Shown in pieces: positions 24,898 through 38,181 of a stretch of DNA of 64,000 nt. Positions within the stretch are counted from its first letter, which is position 1, and each line of letters opens with the position of its first letter. A program made the translations under genes and the position numbers. The stretch is from Podarcis gaigeae (lineage: Eukaryota). The notes below the pieces were generated by a model. That model was not told where the DNA came from. It did no database searches and saw nothing but the letters and a program-made list of their open reading frames with translations. The stretch lies in assembly GCA_964106915.2 (NCBI GenBank), contig OZ066922.1, one strand, 5' to 3'.

Positions 24898-27034
24898 TGT
24901 GATCTTTCACACAACATAAAAGTCAATTCTGGAAAACTAGAAGAATCCAGCAGGTTATTTGCTTCCAGAAAAAAAACATTGCAACCCCATTAACCTGGAA
25001 AAATTGCATGCATTGTAATTTCATGTGATGACATTTAAATTTAGTGTGACGTGGTGATATATTGATCAAAAAGCCACTGTTTTACAACACAACAGGTGAT
25101 GCAGCTTAAAAGGAACATTTGAATCTGGGATAAAAGCACTAGTATTATCAGGAAAATGCATTAATCACCACATCTGAATGTACCCTTTTTCATTTTTGTC
25201 TGAAAGTTTCTATTATGTGATAGTGCGAGACTCTAAGAATGTAGTTGCGATGACTCTGACCAGCAATCAGAACTCCTGTTCCCATGATTACGGTAATTTC
25301 GGCTTTTGCATACCTGTCAGTTCCACCTTTTTACTTCTGTAGAATTTCAAATCATTCCTGATTTGTTTGGAACTTCCCAGAAGCAGCTGAGCCCTTGCGA
25401 TAACATCATGTGTAGTTTCTATGTGGATATTGTTGCTTCTGTGGCCAGGTAGGCAGCAAATAACAAGGCAGTTAACATTGCCTTTGTTCCTGTTTTTAGA
25501 AATTACAGTGTAAAGTATAAACATGAGAATTTTGTACTAGCATCATGCCAAACTATAGAGATGGTATGTTCCTGACCCCTGGGTCTGTTTGTATTTACAG
25601 AATGTTTCCTGTAATATAATAAAATCTCATTTGGTAAAGGTCAATATACAGTAACCTGAATCCATCACAACTGATTAAAATCAATTGCCATGTTACAGAA
25701 TTGGTTTCACAAGTGGCTAAAATTCCCATAGCTTTAATCTTGTTAGATCTTGAGGAAACCTTAACAACAAAAACCTATGTTGGTAACTGTTTTCTAAACT
25801 TAATCACAGTTAGATGTGATGTGTTTGGTTAGGATAATGCCTCATGTTTTGTTTGTTCTTCCTACTTTTGCTACAAACAGAATGGTTGTTTATTTCATGC
25901 CTTTTGCTATGATAGATCAGTTCTCTTCTGGATTCGGGATCTCAATGAACAACGGTATACTCTCTTTGATGTTAATAACAAACTGTGCAAATCTTTGTGA
26001 AACATCTTGAGGCTAATTCTTGCAACACTAAAAAACGTGTAACCCACTGAAATGTTTGACTTTTTTCTTTGACCAGCTTGAACACCCCTTTCACCCAGAA
26101 CGTATCACAAAATGACTTTGAAATACCTCGTTTTCAAAAGGCATTTGCCATGTGGTATATGGTGGTGGGGGTCTTCTGTTTGGGAGAAACTTAAGTAAAT
26201 GTGTTTAGTTTGTTTCTTTGAAATATGACTATATTTTGGTTTTTTTAATTGTTTGTTTATTTGGGTTTTTCCTTTCTTTTCCTCAGTAGTGCTGTGAGAA
26301 ACATTTTCTTTCTTTTAAGAAAGAAAGCATAGGGCTGCTTAAGAAATCAGGGGCTGCAGGCTTCCTTCAAATGAAACAGTTAGTCTTATTAACGTTGTAG
26401 CAGACGCTATGCAAGGTACATGTTGCACAAATTAGGTGACAGTAATTTTTTGAAGTGAAGAACAAGCTGGATTTGAAGCAAACACCAGAAAACAAGCAAG
26501 ATCAGGTTGTTTAGAACATCATACAAATTTTGCTCTATATTTTTTATTCTAAATGACCTGGTCTTGCTTGTGGATCATCACTAGTGCATTGTGAAACTAC
26601 CATTCTTTCATATTGATTTTGGAACATTCCCTCTACTCTACTGGTACATTCGCATGCATTGATTAAACATGGTACAAAATGGAAATCTTTGTCTGATCAT
26701 TACCTTGTGCCCTTGTGTGTTCCTCTATCCCTACAATCATGTGTTTCAACATGCTGTCTTTCATCACAGGATGCTTGTACATACTCACAAAGAGAAGGGA
26801 GGCAAGGACAAATGAAAGGAAATAAATCTGCAACAAACTGGGGATGCGAATTAATTTTAGCACTTCCCCATTTTAAATTGGAAAGAAGGAAGCTAAGCAG
26901 AATACAGGGCCAGATGAACTCACAGATCAACAGAGGAATAGATCCAGGGAAATACACCCATTCCTGCTGCTTATGTACTGTAATTTGGGGGGGGGGGAGG
27001 AATGCTATTATGACATCCTTGTCCAAATTTCTGT

Positions 27035-27615
27035 CTAAAGTTTTGGCTGCTGCACCTCAAAAAGGATATTGTAGAACTGGGAAAGGTTCAGGAATGAGCA
27101 GCCAAAATGATAAAGGGGGCTAGAGCGTCTCACGTATATGACAAAAGGTTACAAAGTTTGAGGTTTATGGAAAAGGTAAGGGGGAGCATGATAGTGCTTT
27201 ATAAAATTATGCATGGTGTGGAGAAAGTAGATAAAGAGGACCCCCCCCCATTTTTTTCCTCATGATAAAAGAACCAGTGGTCTTCCAATGAAACTTAACC
27301 TTGGGAGACCCAGGACAGACAAAGTGAAGACCTGATTCATGCAGCGCACAGTTAAACTATGGGATGTTGGGATAGCCACCAACACGGGTGTCTTTAAAGA
27401 GGGGTTAGACAAATTCATGACTTTTAATGGCTACTAGTCGTGGTGTCTATATTGTACGCAGTATCAGATGCCATATGTCTCTGAATACCACTTCATGAAG
27501 ATCATGAGTAGGAGCATGCTGTTGTGCTAATGTCCTGCTTGTGGCCACTTGGACTGACCACTGTGAGAAGAGAGTGCTGAATGAGATAGGCCTCTGGCTC
27601 TCATTAAGTTCTTAA
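27035..27615 (+). mobile_element. CR1 LINE 3' portion
   Basis: decayed KKDIVELxKVQ...KMIKGLE ORF2 end, tttaaagaggggttagacaaattcatg and 3' UTR. Confidence 0.8.
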
Positions 27616-27975
27616 GCATAACTGTGTCCTTAGAATAAATGAGTTCCACACCCCTTTGCAACATTTGATGCTCTCCAATGTCTTCTGCAGTTTTTAGACC
27701 ACTTTCTTACACGGTCAAAATGTGGATTGGTAATGTTCATGAATTAGTGTGATGAATAGGTTTGACCGGTTGGTGAGGCTGACAAGAGTTGTTCCAGAGA
27801 ACCGAATAATACCTGTTGTTATTATATGACTATATAAACAACGTGCAAAAATTCTCCAGATAGGAGACGGATGGCTAAACTTTCATAGTTCTACCTCACA
27901 TGGAATAAATTAATAACTGGTTAAGATAAAATCTTTCCACGTTTTAGTCACTGCAACATATTCTTGTTTTTCTAG

Positions 27976-28086
27976 GCACCTCTGTTTTCACTGTGGCTGC
28001 ATATGACCGTAGTCTGATGGGAAAAAATTTAAAACACACAATCATCGGTGAACATGGAGATATTTTCTACATCCATCCCATCATGG
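27976..28086 (+). CDS. DCHS2: DCHS2 coding exon
   Basis: tttctag|GC to ATGG|gtaaat, 111 nt, phase 1-1; completes PENSEI|GTSVFTVAAYD and ends IFYIHPIMG. Confidence 0.88.
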
Positions 28087-28461
28087 GTAAATCAGCCTAT
28101 CTATCTGCATCTGTTCTAAAACCATTTGAGGCTTTTGTAAAATATTTTCCACACTTGAATTATGATTGCTTTTGTATAAACATTATCTCAGTGGTTAGTG
28201 TTAGTTTATTTAAGTGCCAGTGGAAGCTGGCTTTTGGCCCTTAAATTTAACAAAGATGCGTTTGCTAAAATCAAACTTTCTTAGGATTGCTTTTCTACAA
28301 AACAAATTCAGGGCCTGATTCATTCTTCCATGGTAATATTAGCGGCGGAACTGAGATCTGAAACATTATTTACTTGCTCTAGGTGAGAAAATGATCAGAA
28401 TAGATTTTCACAAAGCTATCCTCTGAAGCAAGGTTTATTTTTGCTAATAGTAACACACTTC

Positions 28462-28906
28462 ATTGTTTAGTCGTTTAGTCGTGTCTGACTCTTCGTGACC
28501 CCATGGACCAGAGCACGCCAGGCACCCCTGTCCTCCACTGCCTCTTGCAGCTTGGTCAAACTCATGCTAGTAGCCTCAAGAACACCTTCCAACCATCTGT
28601 TGTCCCCTTCTCCTTGTGCCCTCAATCTTTCCCAACATCAGGGTCTTTTCCAGGGAGTCTTCTCTTCTCATAAGGTGGCTAAAGTATTGGAGCCTCAGCT
28701 TCAGGATCTGTCCTTCCAGTGAGCACTCAGGGCTGATTTCCTTCAGAATGGATGTGTTTGATCTTCTTGCAGTCCATGGGACTCTCACGAGTCTCCTCCA
28801 GCACCATAATTCAAAAGCATCAATTCTTTGGTGATCAGCCTTCTTTATGGTCCAGCTCTCACTTCCATACATCACTACTGGGAAAACCATAGCTTTAACT
28901 ATACGG
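28462..28906 (-). mobile_element. BovB (RTE) LINE 3' end
   Basis: MVFPVVMYGSESWTIKKADHQRIDAFELWCWRR...LQYFSHLMRREDSLEKTLMLGKIEG is BovB ORF C-terminus; tail RC of gtcagacacgactaaacgactaaacaa. Confidence 0.93.
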
Positions 28907-29699
28907 AGTAACAGCCAGTTGTTAGCCTTCAGGTGCCATCCTTTCTATCACGTAGGGAAGGGGTAGGAAACCTCAGGCCCAGGGCAAATGCAGCCCTCCA
29001 GGCATCCTCTGTCTGACCCTCAGGATCCTCACTTGGTTATGTTCCCTCCTCAAGCTACATCCCGTACTGGTCCTGCCAGCTGTTTTCCTGGGTGGAGGTT
29101 GCAGTTTAGGTTCACTATGTTTCTCATTAAAATAATCAGAAAGAAAATTCATCGAACATCAATTGTGATCAGGCAAAGTGATTGCAAACTTCACATCAAT
29201 TTTAATTAGCCAGCTTGAATGTGACATATTTCATATTTAACTTCAACAGTGTTGCAAATGTGGATGTGAAAAGGGCTGTAAACATTTTTGTATATTTGTG
29301 GAAAATCCATTGAAACATAAAAGTATGTATTTTTAAAAGATTTTTACATAAACCACCCATTGGCTAGATTTTATGAGTAAAGTCGCTGTGTGCTAAATGA
29401 ATACCATCTGATAGCTGAAAAGAACTTCCTTCTGGCTGTGGAAAGAGATCTACTGCTTAGTTAAACCTCAAGTATGTTTTTAATAATCAATTATTTTATT
29501 AACATGACTGTCTCATTTAATCTCAATCAAGTACGCATTTGGGAACGTTTACATAACATGTTTTCAACAACTGGATTGTTAATAGAGGAGAGTCAAGCTA
29601 TATGTCTGTCTCTCTGTGTGTACACATATGTTTACTTGTGCTGGCAGAATAATCATAGCCAACCCAAGATCCATTTCCATTGGGATGATTCTGAGGCAT

Positions 29700-30329
29700 G
29701 ATTAGAGAGATGGGAGCTTATAGGTGCTCAGTTCCACTATTTACATGCATATACAGCCTCACCCTGTACTTTGCTGGGCAGTAAAGCCTTGATTAGCATG
29801 TGGCACCAGCATACCAGCATGTGTACTATAGGAACATAACTGAATTCCTCTTGACCAGGAAATAGTGTCCTTGATTCCGCTGTGCCTGCACTCCAGCACA
29901 GGGAAGCCCCTGTTGGAGATTCATTCCCCGTGTCTGCAGTCATAGGATTGTTGTCTACCACATGTCAGTGTATGTTTTCATTCCACAGTGTGGGAAGTGA
30001 CAGAGACAGGATGTTTGTGTTACTGTGTTCCATGAGGTGGGACTATTGTCCTTTGTTCTCTCTCTGAAGTCTGATGAGGAGGAGCGAAGTCAGAGTGCTC
30101 CGAGTGTATTATATGTAAATAAACGTAGATTAGCCAAAATGCTGTGCTATTGGTTCTGTTACGTGAACTGCGAATACTCTGCAGATCCGTAAGTGTGCAT
30201 CAGTTGCTGTGATGTTCGGGTTGGAGAAAGCTTTTGAAGCTCCCAAATGACCATTCAGGAGGGAGAGAACATGCCAGTTGGGCATGTGTCTCTACCAGGG
30301 TCCTACACGAGAGTAGGACGCTTCTAATA
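29700..30329 (+). mobile_element. possible degenerate solo LTR
   Basis: ttagag...ttctaa inverted ends, internal AATAAA ~30118, higher CpG than flanks; no clean TSD. Confidence 0.4.
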
Positions 30330-30792
30330 GCCCCCAGCATCCAAGTGGTTTTTCAGGGCAGGTTGGAGAGAAGAGGCACAGCCACAGAAATCCTAAGTGC
30401 ATTCTTGCATTTCAGCTGGCAGAACTTAGTGGCAAGGTTTATCGGGGTTCTTTATAAGTACTCTGCCTTTTTAGGATGTTCTTTTAGGAAGCCTCTGCTT
30501 ATTGGAGTAAGATCAAGCTATCCAGCCCCAATTCTCTGTTTGATTGCTCCAGGAAGTAAACTTGTTAGCAAGTTTTTCTTGTAATGTATAAACCTAGTGG
30601 GCCAGTATTTAAAAGTTCTGTTCCTTCTCTCACCTGTAGTCTGATGTGCCACAGCCCATAGTTTTATTACCATGGTGAGAAGTAGGCCTAAAAGCCAGGT
30701 CACATACAAAATGCATGCTGCAGATGTTGGCTAGTGGAAACATATCAGTAGCTGCAGAATATGATACCTGGGTCCAAGGTTATGGTCTAAAG

Positions 30793-30930
30793 CAGCCTTT
30801 CTCGACCTGTGGGTCCCCAGATGTTGTTGAACTACAACTCCCATCACCCCTAGCTAGCAAGGCCAGAGCTCAGGGATGATGGGAGTTGTAGTCCAACAAC
30901 ATCTGGGGACTCACAGGTTGAGAACTGCTG
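30793..30930. mobile_element. palindromic hAT-type MITE (related fragments ~3500-3625, 34470-34590, 47928-48056, 51500-51583)
   Basis: near-perfect hairpin ccccagatgttgttgaactacaactcccatca / tgatgggagttgtagtccaacaacatctgggg with CAG...CTG ends. Confidence 0.8.
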
Positions 30931-31727
30931 GAAGCATGACAGGTTTTGCAGAAGCTTAGCAGGACTGGGTTTGGTCCATTTCCCAGATGGGAGTCCTTTG
31001 TTATACCACCTTGAATATCATGCTGGAATAAACGCAGTACATAAATAAGGAGTTTTCTTCAAACACCCATTGTGCAACCTTGATGCAAGGGTAATATAGA
31101 AAAGAATGTGCAAATGATAAAATAAGACATCAGAAAAACTGGTAGTGGGTCATTAATTAGGTCTTTGAAGCACAGCCTCCTTCACAGAGAGAGCTCTAAA
31201 CTGTACCCATTGCATTGGTAGTGGCATAGACAAATATTTGTGGCAGAAGGGTAGGATTGTCCTGCCTTGTAAATGTTGGCTTCTGGGGTAGTAAGAATTC
31301 ACCAAGATAAGTGTGTGCCACCAGCCCTCATCTGGACCTCTTACATTAGCCTTTCTTTGGCTGCTGTGGATCCTGAATTGGACTAATAAAAAGCAGATGC
31401 AGTCCCACTTTAATGTAGATTGCTTGGTTAGATTACTTTTATTAAGATTCTCTAAAAAATAAAAATAGCTTTTTGCCAAATTGCCATTATGGTTTTCATT
31501 TTTTCTGCACTTTTTAGAGAGTGATTGAAGTGAAGGAAGAAATTCTAGATCTACAATTTAAAGTGGTTAAAATAGATAATCAGGCATACAGTTGTCTTCT
31601 CTTTCATTCACAAATTTCTTTACCTTGTTTACTTATTTTTTTATGTAGAATGCACTGCCGTTTTAACTATGTATATATATTCCTGAATATATAACAGTCA
31701 TCTGTTTGTTTTCATCAAACAAAACAG

Positions 31728-31939
31728 GTGACATCACAGTAAAACGAGCTGAATTTCTTGACTATGAAGTGAGGAAAAAAGTACATTTTGCAGTCTTAGC
31801 TGGAAATGGCTTAACTTCAGCGGTGTGTGGGGTGACAGTATTTATACAGGATGTGAATGATAATGCACCTCAATTTGAGCAAAACTATTTCAAAACATCA
31901 GTGTGGGAAGGTCAAGTCTACAACACATACATCATGCAG
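31728..31939 (+). CDS. DCHS2: DCHS2 coding exon
   Basis: aaacag|GT to CAG|gtaac, 212 nt, phase 1-0; LDYE, DVNDNAPQF. Confidence 0.94.
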
Positions 31940-32759
31940 GTAACCTCAAACTTGTGTTTAAACTATATTTGTCTGAAGTGTCCCTTCTTAATGAATACTG
32001 TATTTTTTTTTGTCCACTTTTATCATCATTACAAACCAGTCATTACAAAGCAGTTAATTTATCTAATCAAACTACAGATTGACAGGACCATTTGAAATAC
32101 CTATTTTGGATTACTCCTCTCAATTTTTTAATGCATCCTTTCTCACAAGGGTCCCCGGTGGCTGAATACTCTGTCTCTTTTTGGGCAGGAGAAGAGAGAG
32201 GGCACTCGTCTTGATGGGACAAAAAGAGGAAATGTAGATCTTGTAAAGAAAATGAATGTAAATTTCAATTCTGAAGTATGCAGCACTGATCTGCAACAAG
32301 GAGCAATAAAAAGAACTGTGGTTGCTACAAAATTAAGAAAGCCATATGCTGAACATGGGTCTTACTTGAATTCAAAACTGGAACCAGCATTTAGGAAGCC
32401 ATGGGACTGCATGCACACACTCACTACCAACACTTGTAATTTGCCCTGCTGTTCTAAGTATTCAGATCCTTCCCCATATCCAAGGCAAGCTACTGCAGTT
32501 TTAAGCATGAGGGGACATTGACCCATGTATGGATTATCCCACACTGAGAATAAGTTTCATTGGCTGTAATCCAACACCTTCTGAACTCTACATGCACCTA
32601 TTGTCACATACGTGGGAAAATAATACGTTCGGCCAATAGAAGCAAAGTTGCAACACAAAAAAACTGCAGCAAGCACCACATGTGCATCCAAGATCCATTT
32701 CTGTTGCAGGGTGTAGAGCTAAGTGCCTTAGCATAAGGATGGCTTTTCTCTCCATACAG

Positions 32760-32911
32760 ATCTACGCAACAGACGATGACGCTGGACTTAACGGAGAAAT
32801 TGAATATTCAATTTTATCTGGCAACACAAATGAAGCATTTCTTATTGATTCAGCACAAGGAATTATATCAACGAATGCAATCCTAGACCGTGAAGACATT
32901 CCATCATATAG
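32760..32911 (+). CDS. DCHS2: DCHS2 coding exon
   Basis: catacag|ATC to ATAG|gtttg, 152 nt, phase 0-2; ATDDDAGLNGEIEYSI...LDRE. Confidence 0.94.
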
Positions 32912-33478
32912 GTTTGTTTCTAACAAATTCAAGATCTATAGCTGGTGTGAGTTTTGTTTGTGTGGGGTGGGGGAGGAAGGGGTTGTTGGTCAAGTTAGCC
33001 ATAGCAATTCGTATGCTGTCAGTGGGATCTTGTTGTTGTCCTGTTGGGATTGTTTATGTAATGAAGAGGAAGCACACAGGGGTGAAGGTGTCCTCCTTTA
33101 ATTTGTCCTCCTTTAATTTAGTTTCAGTTTGTTGGTTAGCTTTTCTAGTAAGGCTGTGTCCTATACTGTTTGGTTCCAGTGGTCCATGTTTACCCCTGAC
33201 AAGTCCCTCCAGTTTCTAGCTATGATGCTCCTAGATGCTGAGAGTAGGTGTTATAAGCTCTTTGTAGTGTGAGTGTGCGTTATTGTCTTGGAAATTATTC
33301 AATAGGGCTATGAACTTTGCTTTTTCAAAGTTCAAATGATCTCTTCTTTGACCTACACAATAAACTTGGGTGGAAATGTTAAATGTTAAGAGCTTCAGAG
33401 GGAACTGCTGACAGAAGCTTAAATTTGAATGCCTTGACTATAACGTTGGTTTTTTTTTATGAAAGTTGGTGTGTGTGG

Positions 33479-33479
<1 letters not shown>

Positions 33480-33515
<36 letters not shown>
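33480..33515. repeat. (GT)n microsatellite
   Basis: direct inspection. Confidence 0.95.
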
Positions 33516-33520
<5 letters not shown>

Positions 33521-34268
33521 ACACTGAAACTTAAGAAACCAATTATTTTAGTAAATATCTCCATGTGTACCTTCTTGATATATGTTCTAGACAAAATATG
33601 AAATTATGCATGTTTACAAACTTTGAATGCAAGTCTGTAATTCAAGTAATGTGTTCTGACAATTTTGAAGCCACAAAAACTCAAGAGCAGAACTGGTATG
33701 GTGGATGAATGGCATTAGACTCCACATATCAAATTGCAGCTTTTTGTGTTCAGCGCCGTCATGTGAATAATGGGAAACAATGCTGTTTGTCACGTTTGAA
33801 AGGAAGTTATTGTGTCAGAGATGAAAGAGAAGATGAATTCTGCATATTTATTTAACAAATGTATATTCCGCCCTTTCCCAAGCTTTGAAGTGGATTATAA
33901 TGACATTCACTACAAAATACATACTTCCAAAGGGAGATAGAGAAAAATACTGCTTACCAATTTAAACCTATTTACAATATGTAAAACACATGACATCCGT
34001 GAAGCGTTAATGCCAGCCCTGAGTCCTGCTCCTTTTGTTCTAGTTCCCGTTTAACCCTCTGTCGTTCTTGAACTGAATGCCTTCCTCACATGTTAAAAAA
34101 GAAGTATCATGTAAATGATAAAAATTAAAGTTACAAGGTTTCTCCCCCACCACATTTTCAGAAGGATAATTTTGGAAATAGTTTATCATTTTTGGTGTAA
34201 CTTTTAATTAGATATAAAGTCATGGTTTACAAATACGGAACATGTTTTTGACTCTCTCTTTTTATCAG

Positions 34269-34399
34269 GTTAGTTGTGCAAGCTGTTGACAGAGGAACCC
34301 CCAGGCTATCTGCTACAAGCACAATAGAGATACAAGTTGTGGATATCAATGACAATGCTCCAACTCTCCAGCCTTTCGGCGTCGTTGAACTCCCTGAAA
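34269..34399 (+). CDS. DCHS2: DCHS2 coding exon
   Basis: ttatcag|G to GAAA|gtaag, 131 nt, phase 2-1; AVDRGTPRLS...DINDNAPTL. Confidence 0.94.
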
Positions 34400-36218
34400 G
34401 TAAGAATGGCAAACACCAAGCAAAGAGATTGTGCTGGTTTGGACCTAATCCTGCTAAACCATAGTTTACTGCAGCTTTCCCCAACCCAGTGCCCTTCAGA
34501 TGTTTGGACTACAGGCAGCTGGGATGGTCAGGAATAATTGGAGTCATACTCCAAAACATCTGTAGGGCACCTAGTTAGCAAATGCTAGCTCATGCTTACA
34601 TGAATAAACCACAGGGAGCTTTGTGCTCACACGTTTTCCCCTCCCCTCCCTCTCATACAAGGGCTTTCTCTTATGTTTTAAACTAACCACAGCATGTCAC
34701 GTAGCTATGGTTTATTGAAAGTCAACTTCATGCCATAGTTTTAACAAACCATAGTTACAATTAACCACATGGTAAGGCTCAGAAGTATCACAAGATGTGG
34801 TCAACCAAAATTAGAATCAGAATTTGAACTTGCGGCCATGCCATAGAATGAGACGGGAGGGAGGAGCATTTGATCCTGGTGTACACTGCAGTTTGTCATG
34901 TTAAGCCATGGTTTAGAATTCTGTGCAAATGGGGCCACTGTCTTTTTATGCCTTTGTAATAAATAGGGGAAAATTTCTCAGATGGAATTTTTTTTTTATG
35001 AGTAGCACATATTCTGTGGCATATTTCTGCTGGCTGGGAAGCTTATATTTGTGAGCAACTTAGAAACAGCATATAAAAGAATGCCGTCTGGTGCATTAAA
35101 TCTCAAAACATTGGTAAAAGACCCTGCTGCGAGGTTCAGATGTCAAATTCCTAAGATTTATTTTCAATTTCTATTTCCCTTTTGGAGAAAGAAACACAGT
35201 TCTTAAGCCAGAGTTCCCAACAGTTAACTTTTCAATTCTATTGTTATTGACTAAAGTAGCACTTGTGTTATGAAAGTTAAGTAACTTCACAGTGAATCAA
35301 CTGAAGTTGTTGGCTTGTGTTGGAATGTTCAGCAATTTTGTTCCAGTGCTTCGTCCTTCTTCTGATGTTACATTTTGTGGCACAGTAGCTATTCCAAGGG
35401 CCTCTTTTTCTACCACATGTTTGAGGTCACATGGAATGGCTCTTTCTTATGGCTCCCCATGCCACCATCTCCACTTTGGGGAACTGAGAGAAGGACAGTT
35501 TCCATGTGACTTGGAACTGCTGCCATTAAAGAGCAGCACAAGAAGGAGTTATGACACATCAGCCATAAAAAATAAAGTCCATTTTGAGATTTCTTCCTAT
35601 GTTTTGATTTTTCACTCACAGCAGTGATGCATGTCACTCCCAGAAGTGGAAAACATTTATGCATTTGCCACCCACCAGCCAGACATGGGGTTGCCAATAA
35701 TCCAGAAATAGCTTGGCTTATCCATATCTGGTTTATGTAGCTATTCCTCCAGAATTATAGTTTCACTTAGGCAAATTGACCTTGAAGAACACACCTGGAT
35801 GAAAATTGTCAATCGACTGGGAGATGAACTTTAGACCTTAAAATCTGCAATTTGCATGCCAGATATTCATTACTGTACTCAGGCGTCAAACAAGGACCAG
35901 TTTTGAAACATCTGGACAAAATTATATTCTTCCAAAATAACTCCTGACATAAGAAGAGAGTAGTTCCATCCAGTAAGCTATTAACTTCCTCTTCTTCTTG
36001 TTTTTGGCTTTTCATTCCTACTAGTTCCCCTTTCTTCCTTTTAATAGTGGTCTCATATGAACACCAAACATACATGGGAGTATTTGTGTTGTCAGTATAT
36101 TGTTAAAGGTCTGGCTTTTCATTTCCTGTGACCAAGATTGCAAAGGGAAGAGATGTGTGCCCTGCCCTGGAATAGCTTTGAGTAGTCTAAATACAAAAAG
36201 GCTGGGAAGAGCTAGCAT

Positions 36219-36219
<1 letters not shown>

Positions 36220-36265
<46 letters not shown>

Positions 36266-36310
36266 TGTATATCACTGTATATCCGTAGATCTCAGGGCAG
36301 TTCACAACCT
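36220..36310 (-). repeat. (TTA)n microsatellite grown from an L2-type 3' tail
   Basis: (tta)n followed by gtagatctcagggcagttcacaac, the motif at 11415-11440. Confidence 0.75.
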
Positions 36311-36639
36311 AAACATTTAGGTAATAAGCCACCTTTTTAACTGTTATTTTATGAAGTCAAGGAAGATTATCCCAATATTTTTCTTGAGCAAATCTGTTTT
36401 CTTATTTGCAGTGTGGGGATGGGATTCTTGCAAAACTTTTCTAGAGGATTTAACAGCATGTACACAGTTTAGTACTGTCATCCACATTATCTCTAACCTT
36501 ACCCTTAAAATATTCCTCAGATTTCTGGCAACTATGGTTTTTTTGGGGGTATACATATAGTTTATTGATGAAAATTTCTGGAGGGCTTCCAAGAACAACA
36601 GTGATAAATAAGTCTTACTCTTAAATATGATGGTTGTAG

Positions 36640-36926
36640 ATGCTCCACTTGGCTCCCTGGTGATGCAAGTATTGGCAGATGATGCGGACCTAGGACCACC
36701 CCTTCACTACAGTTTTGCTGAGAATGGAAATCCTGGAATGAAATTTGCAATTGACCAATGCCATGGAACAATCACATTGGTGAAAGCATTAGATTTTGAA
36801 GAAATCACTCAGCTTGAACTGTTGGTCAGAGTTTCCGATTCTGTGCACGCAACTACAGAACAACTTCTGATATTTATATCTGATATTAATGACAACCCAC
36901 CAGTATTTACTCAGGATGCATATCAG
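36640..36926 (+). CDS. DCHS2: DCHS2 coding exon
   Basis: ttgtag|AT to CAG|gtaag, 287 nt, phase 1-0; restores PE|NAPLG; LDFE, DINDNPPVF. Confidence 0.92.
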
Positions 36927-37023
36927 GTAAGAAAAGAAACTTTAAGTAATTTAAAGCTTTTGTTGTGAAGACATCTCTTCATGTGACCTTGAGATGCTGT
37001 GGACTTTCCCCACCCCCTTTCAG

Positions 37024-37162
37024 GTGATGATACCCGAACGTAGGCCTGTAGCTACTGCTCTTTTGACTGTCTATGCCACAGACAGAGATTCAGAGTACAA
37101 TGGAAAGCTAACCTACAGAATTCTTCCCCCCTCTGATGAATTTTCTGTTGATCCACAAAATG
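37024..37162 (+). CDS. DCHS2: DCHS2 penultimate coding exon
   Basis: tttcag|GTG to AATG|gtgag, 139 nt, phase 0-1, preceded by a 97-nt intron; ATDRDSEYNG. Confidence 0.94.
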
Positions 37163-38181
37163 GTGAGTTCGTTGTATGTTTAATAATTTGCAGTGTGGAA
37201 CATACAATATGATGTGCTTTGTCTGGAATGCCTGTTGAAGCTTCTTGTTATCCACACATCAAACACAGCCAAAATTGTGATTCATATCTGCAATACAATT
37301 GCATTGACAGCACTGAGAGAGCGGGTAATGGGAAGATTTAAGTGATGAACAGAGGGCATGTAATGAGCATCTAGCAGTCTGTTTATTTACCTGTTTATTG
37401 AACATGCCATGCTATTACTTACTTCAAGAGTTCAAACGAGAAAAACATTAATTTACAGCATACCTTTAGGCATTCAAGTAGAAACAGGATTTTCCAGAAA
37501 TATAAAGAATAAAGAGATCTGCCACATTTAATAATTTTGCAAAAGAATTTACAGACACTTTTTGGGAAGCCCACTAGAGCAGGGTTTCCCAAACTCTGGT
37601 CCCTGGCACGTCTGTGGATTTGTAATTAAAGATGGCAGACAGCACATCCAACGTGTTAAATGTTCATATTGATTTAGAAATCTAGTTTTATTGTTTCTCT
37701 TATTTCTTATATTGTATTTTATTGTATTACAACTTGAATTTCTATGAAAAATTGTAATACAATAAAAAAGTATAAGAAATAAAAGAAACAATAAAAGTAC
37801 AGTTCAGATTCATACAGTACTTAGCACAGTGGATTACAATTGCTTACAGTGAGCAGGAAAAATATTAAATGGCCTGCCAAGACCCTCAGTAATTTTGAAG
37901 AGATCCACGGGGAAGAAAGTTTGGGAACAACTACGCTATAGCCTAGGTATGCTCCAACTGGAAAAGAAAATGTTCAGCCTTGCAGAATTAGGTGACATGT
38001 TGCTATTGTTTTAAACTCTTGTGGTTTACTCCCAGTTGGGTATAGGATTGTTGCCTTAAAATCATTTCAAATGATGACTGTTTCTTTTAGGAAATGCTGG
38101 AGGGGGGATTTTAACTGAACCATTATGCTTCTATTACTGAAAGTTTGTTTTGAAATGTGTTTTTCTAAAACTTTATTTTAG

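Noticed and set aside
33089-33119. Short tandem duplication tgtcctcctttaatt x2 (similar at 8135-8169)
   Set aside because: Ordinary slippage duplication with no sign of function.
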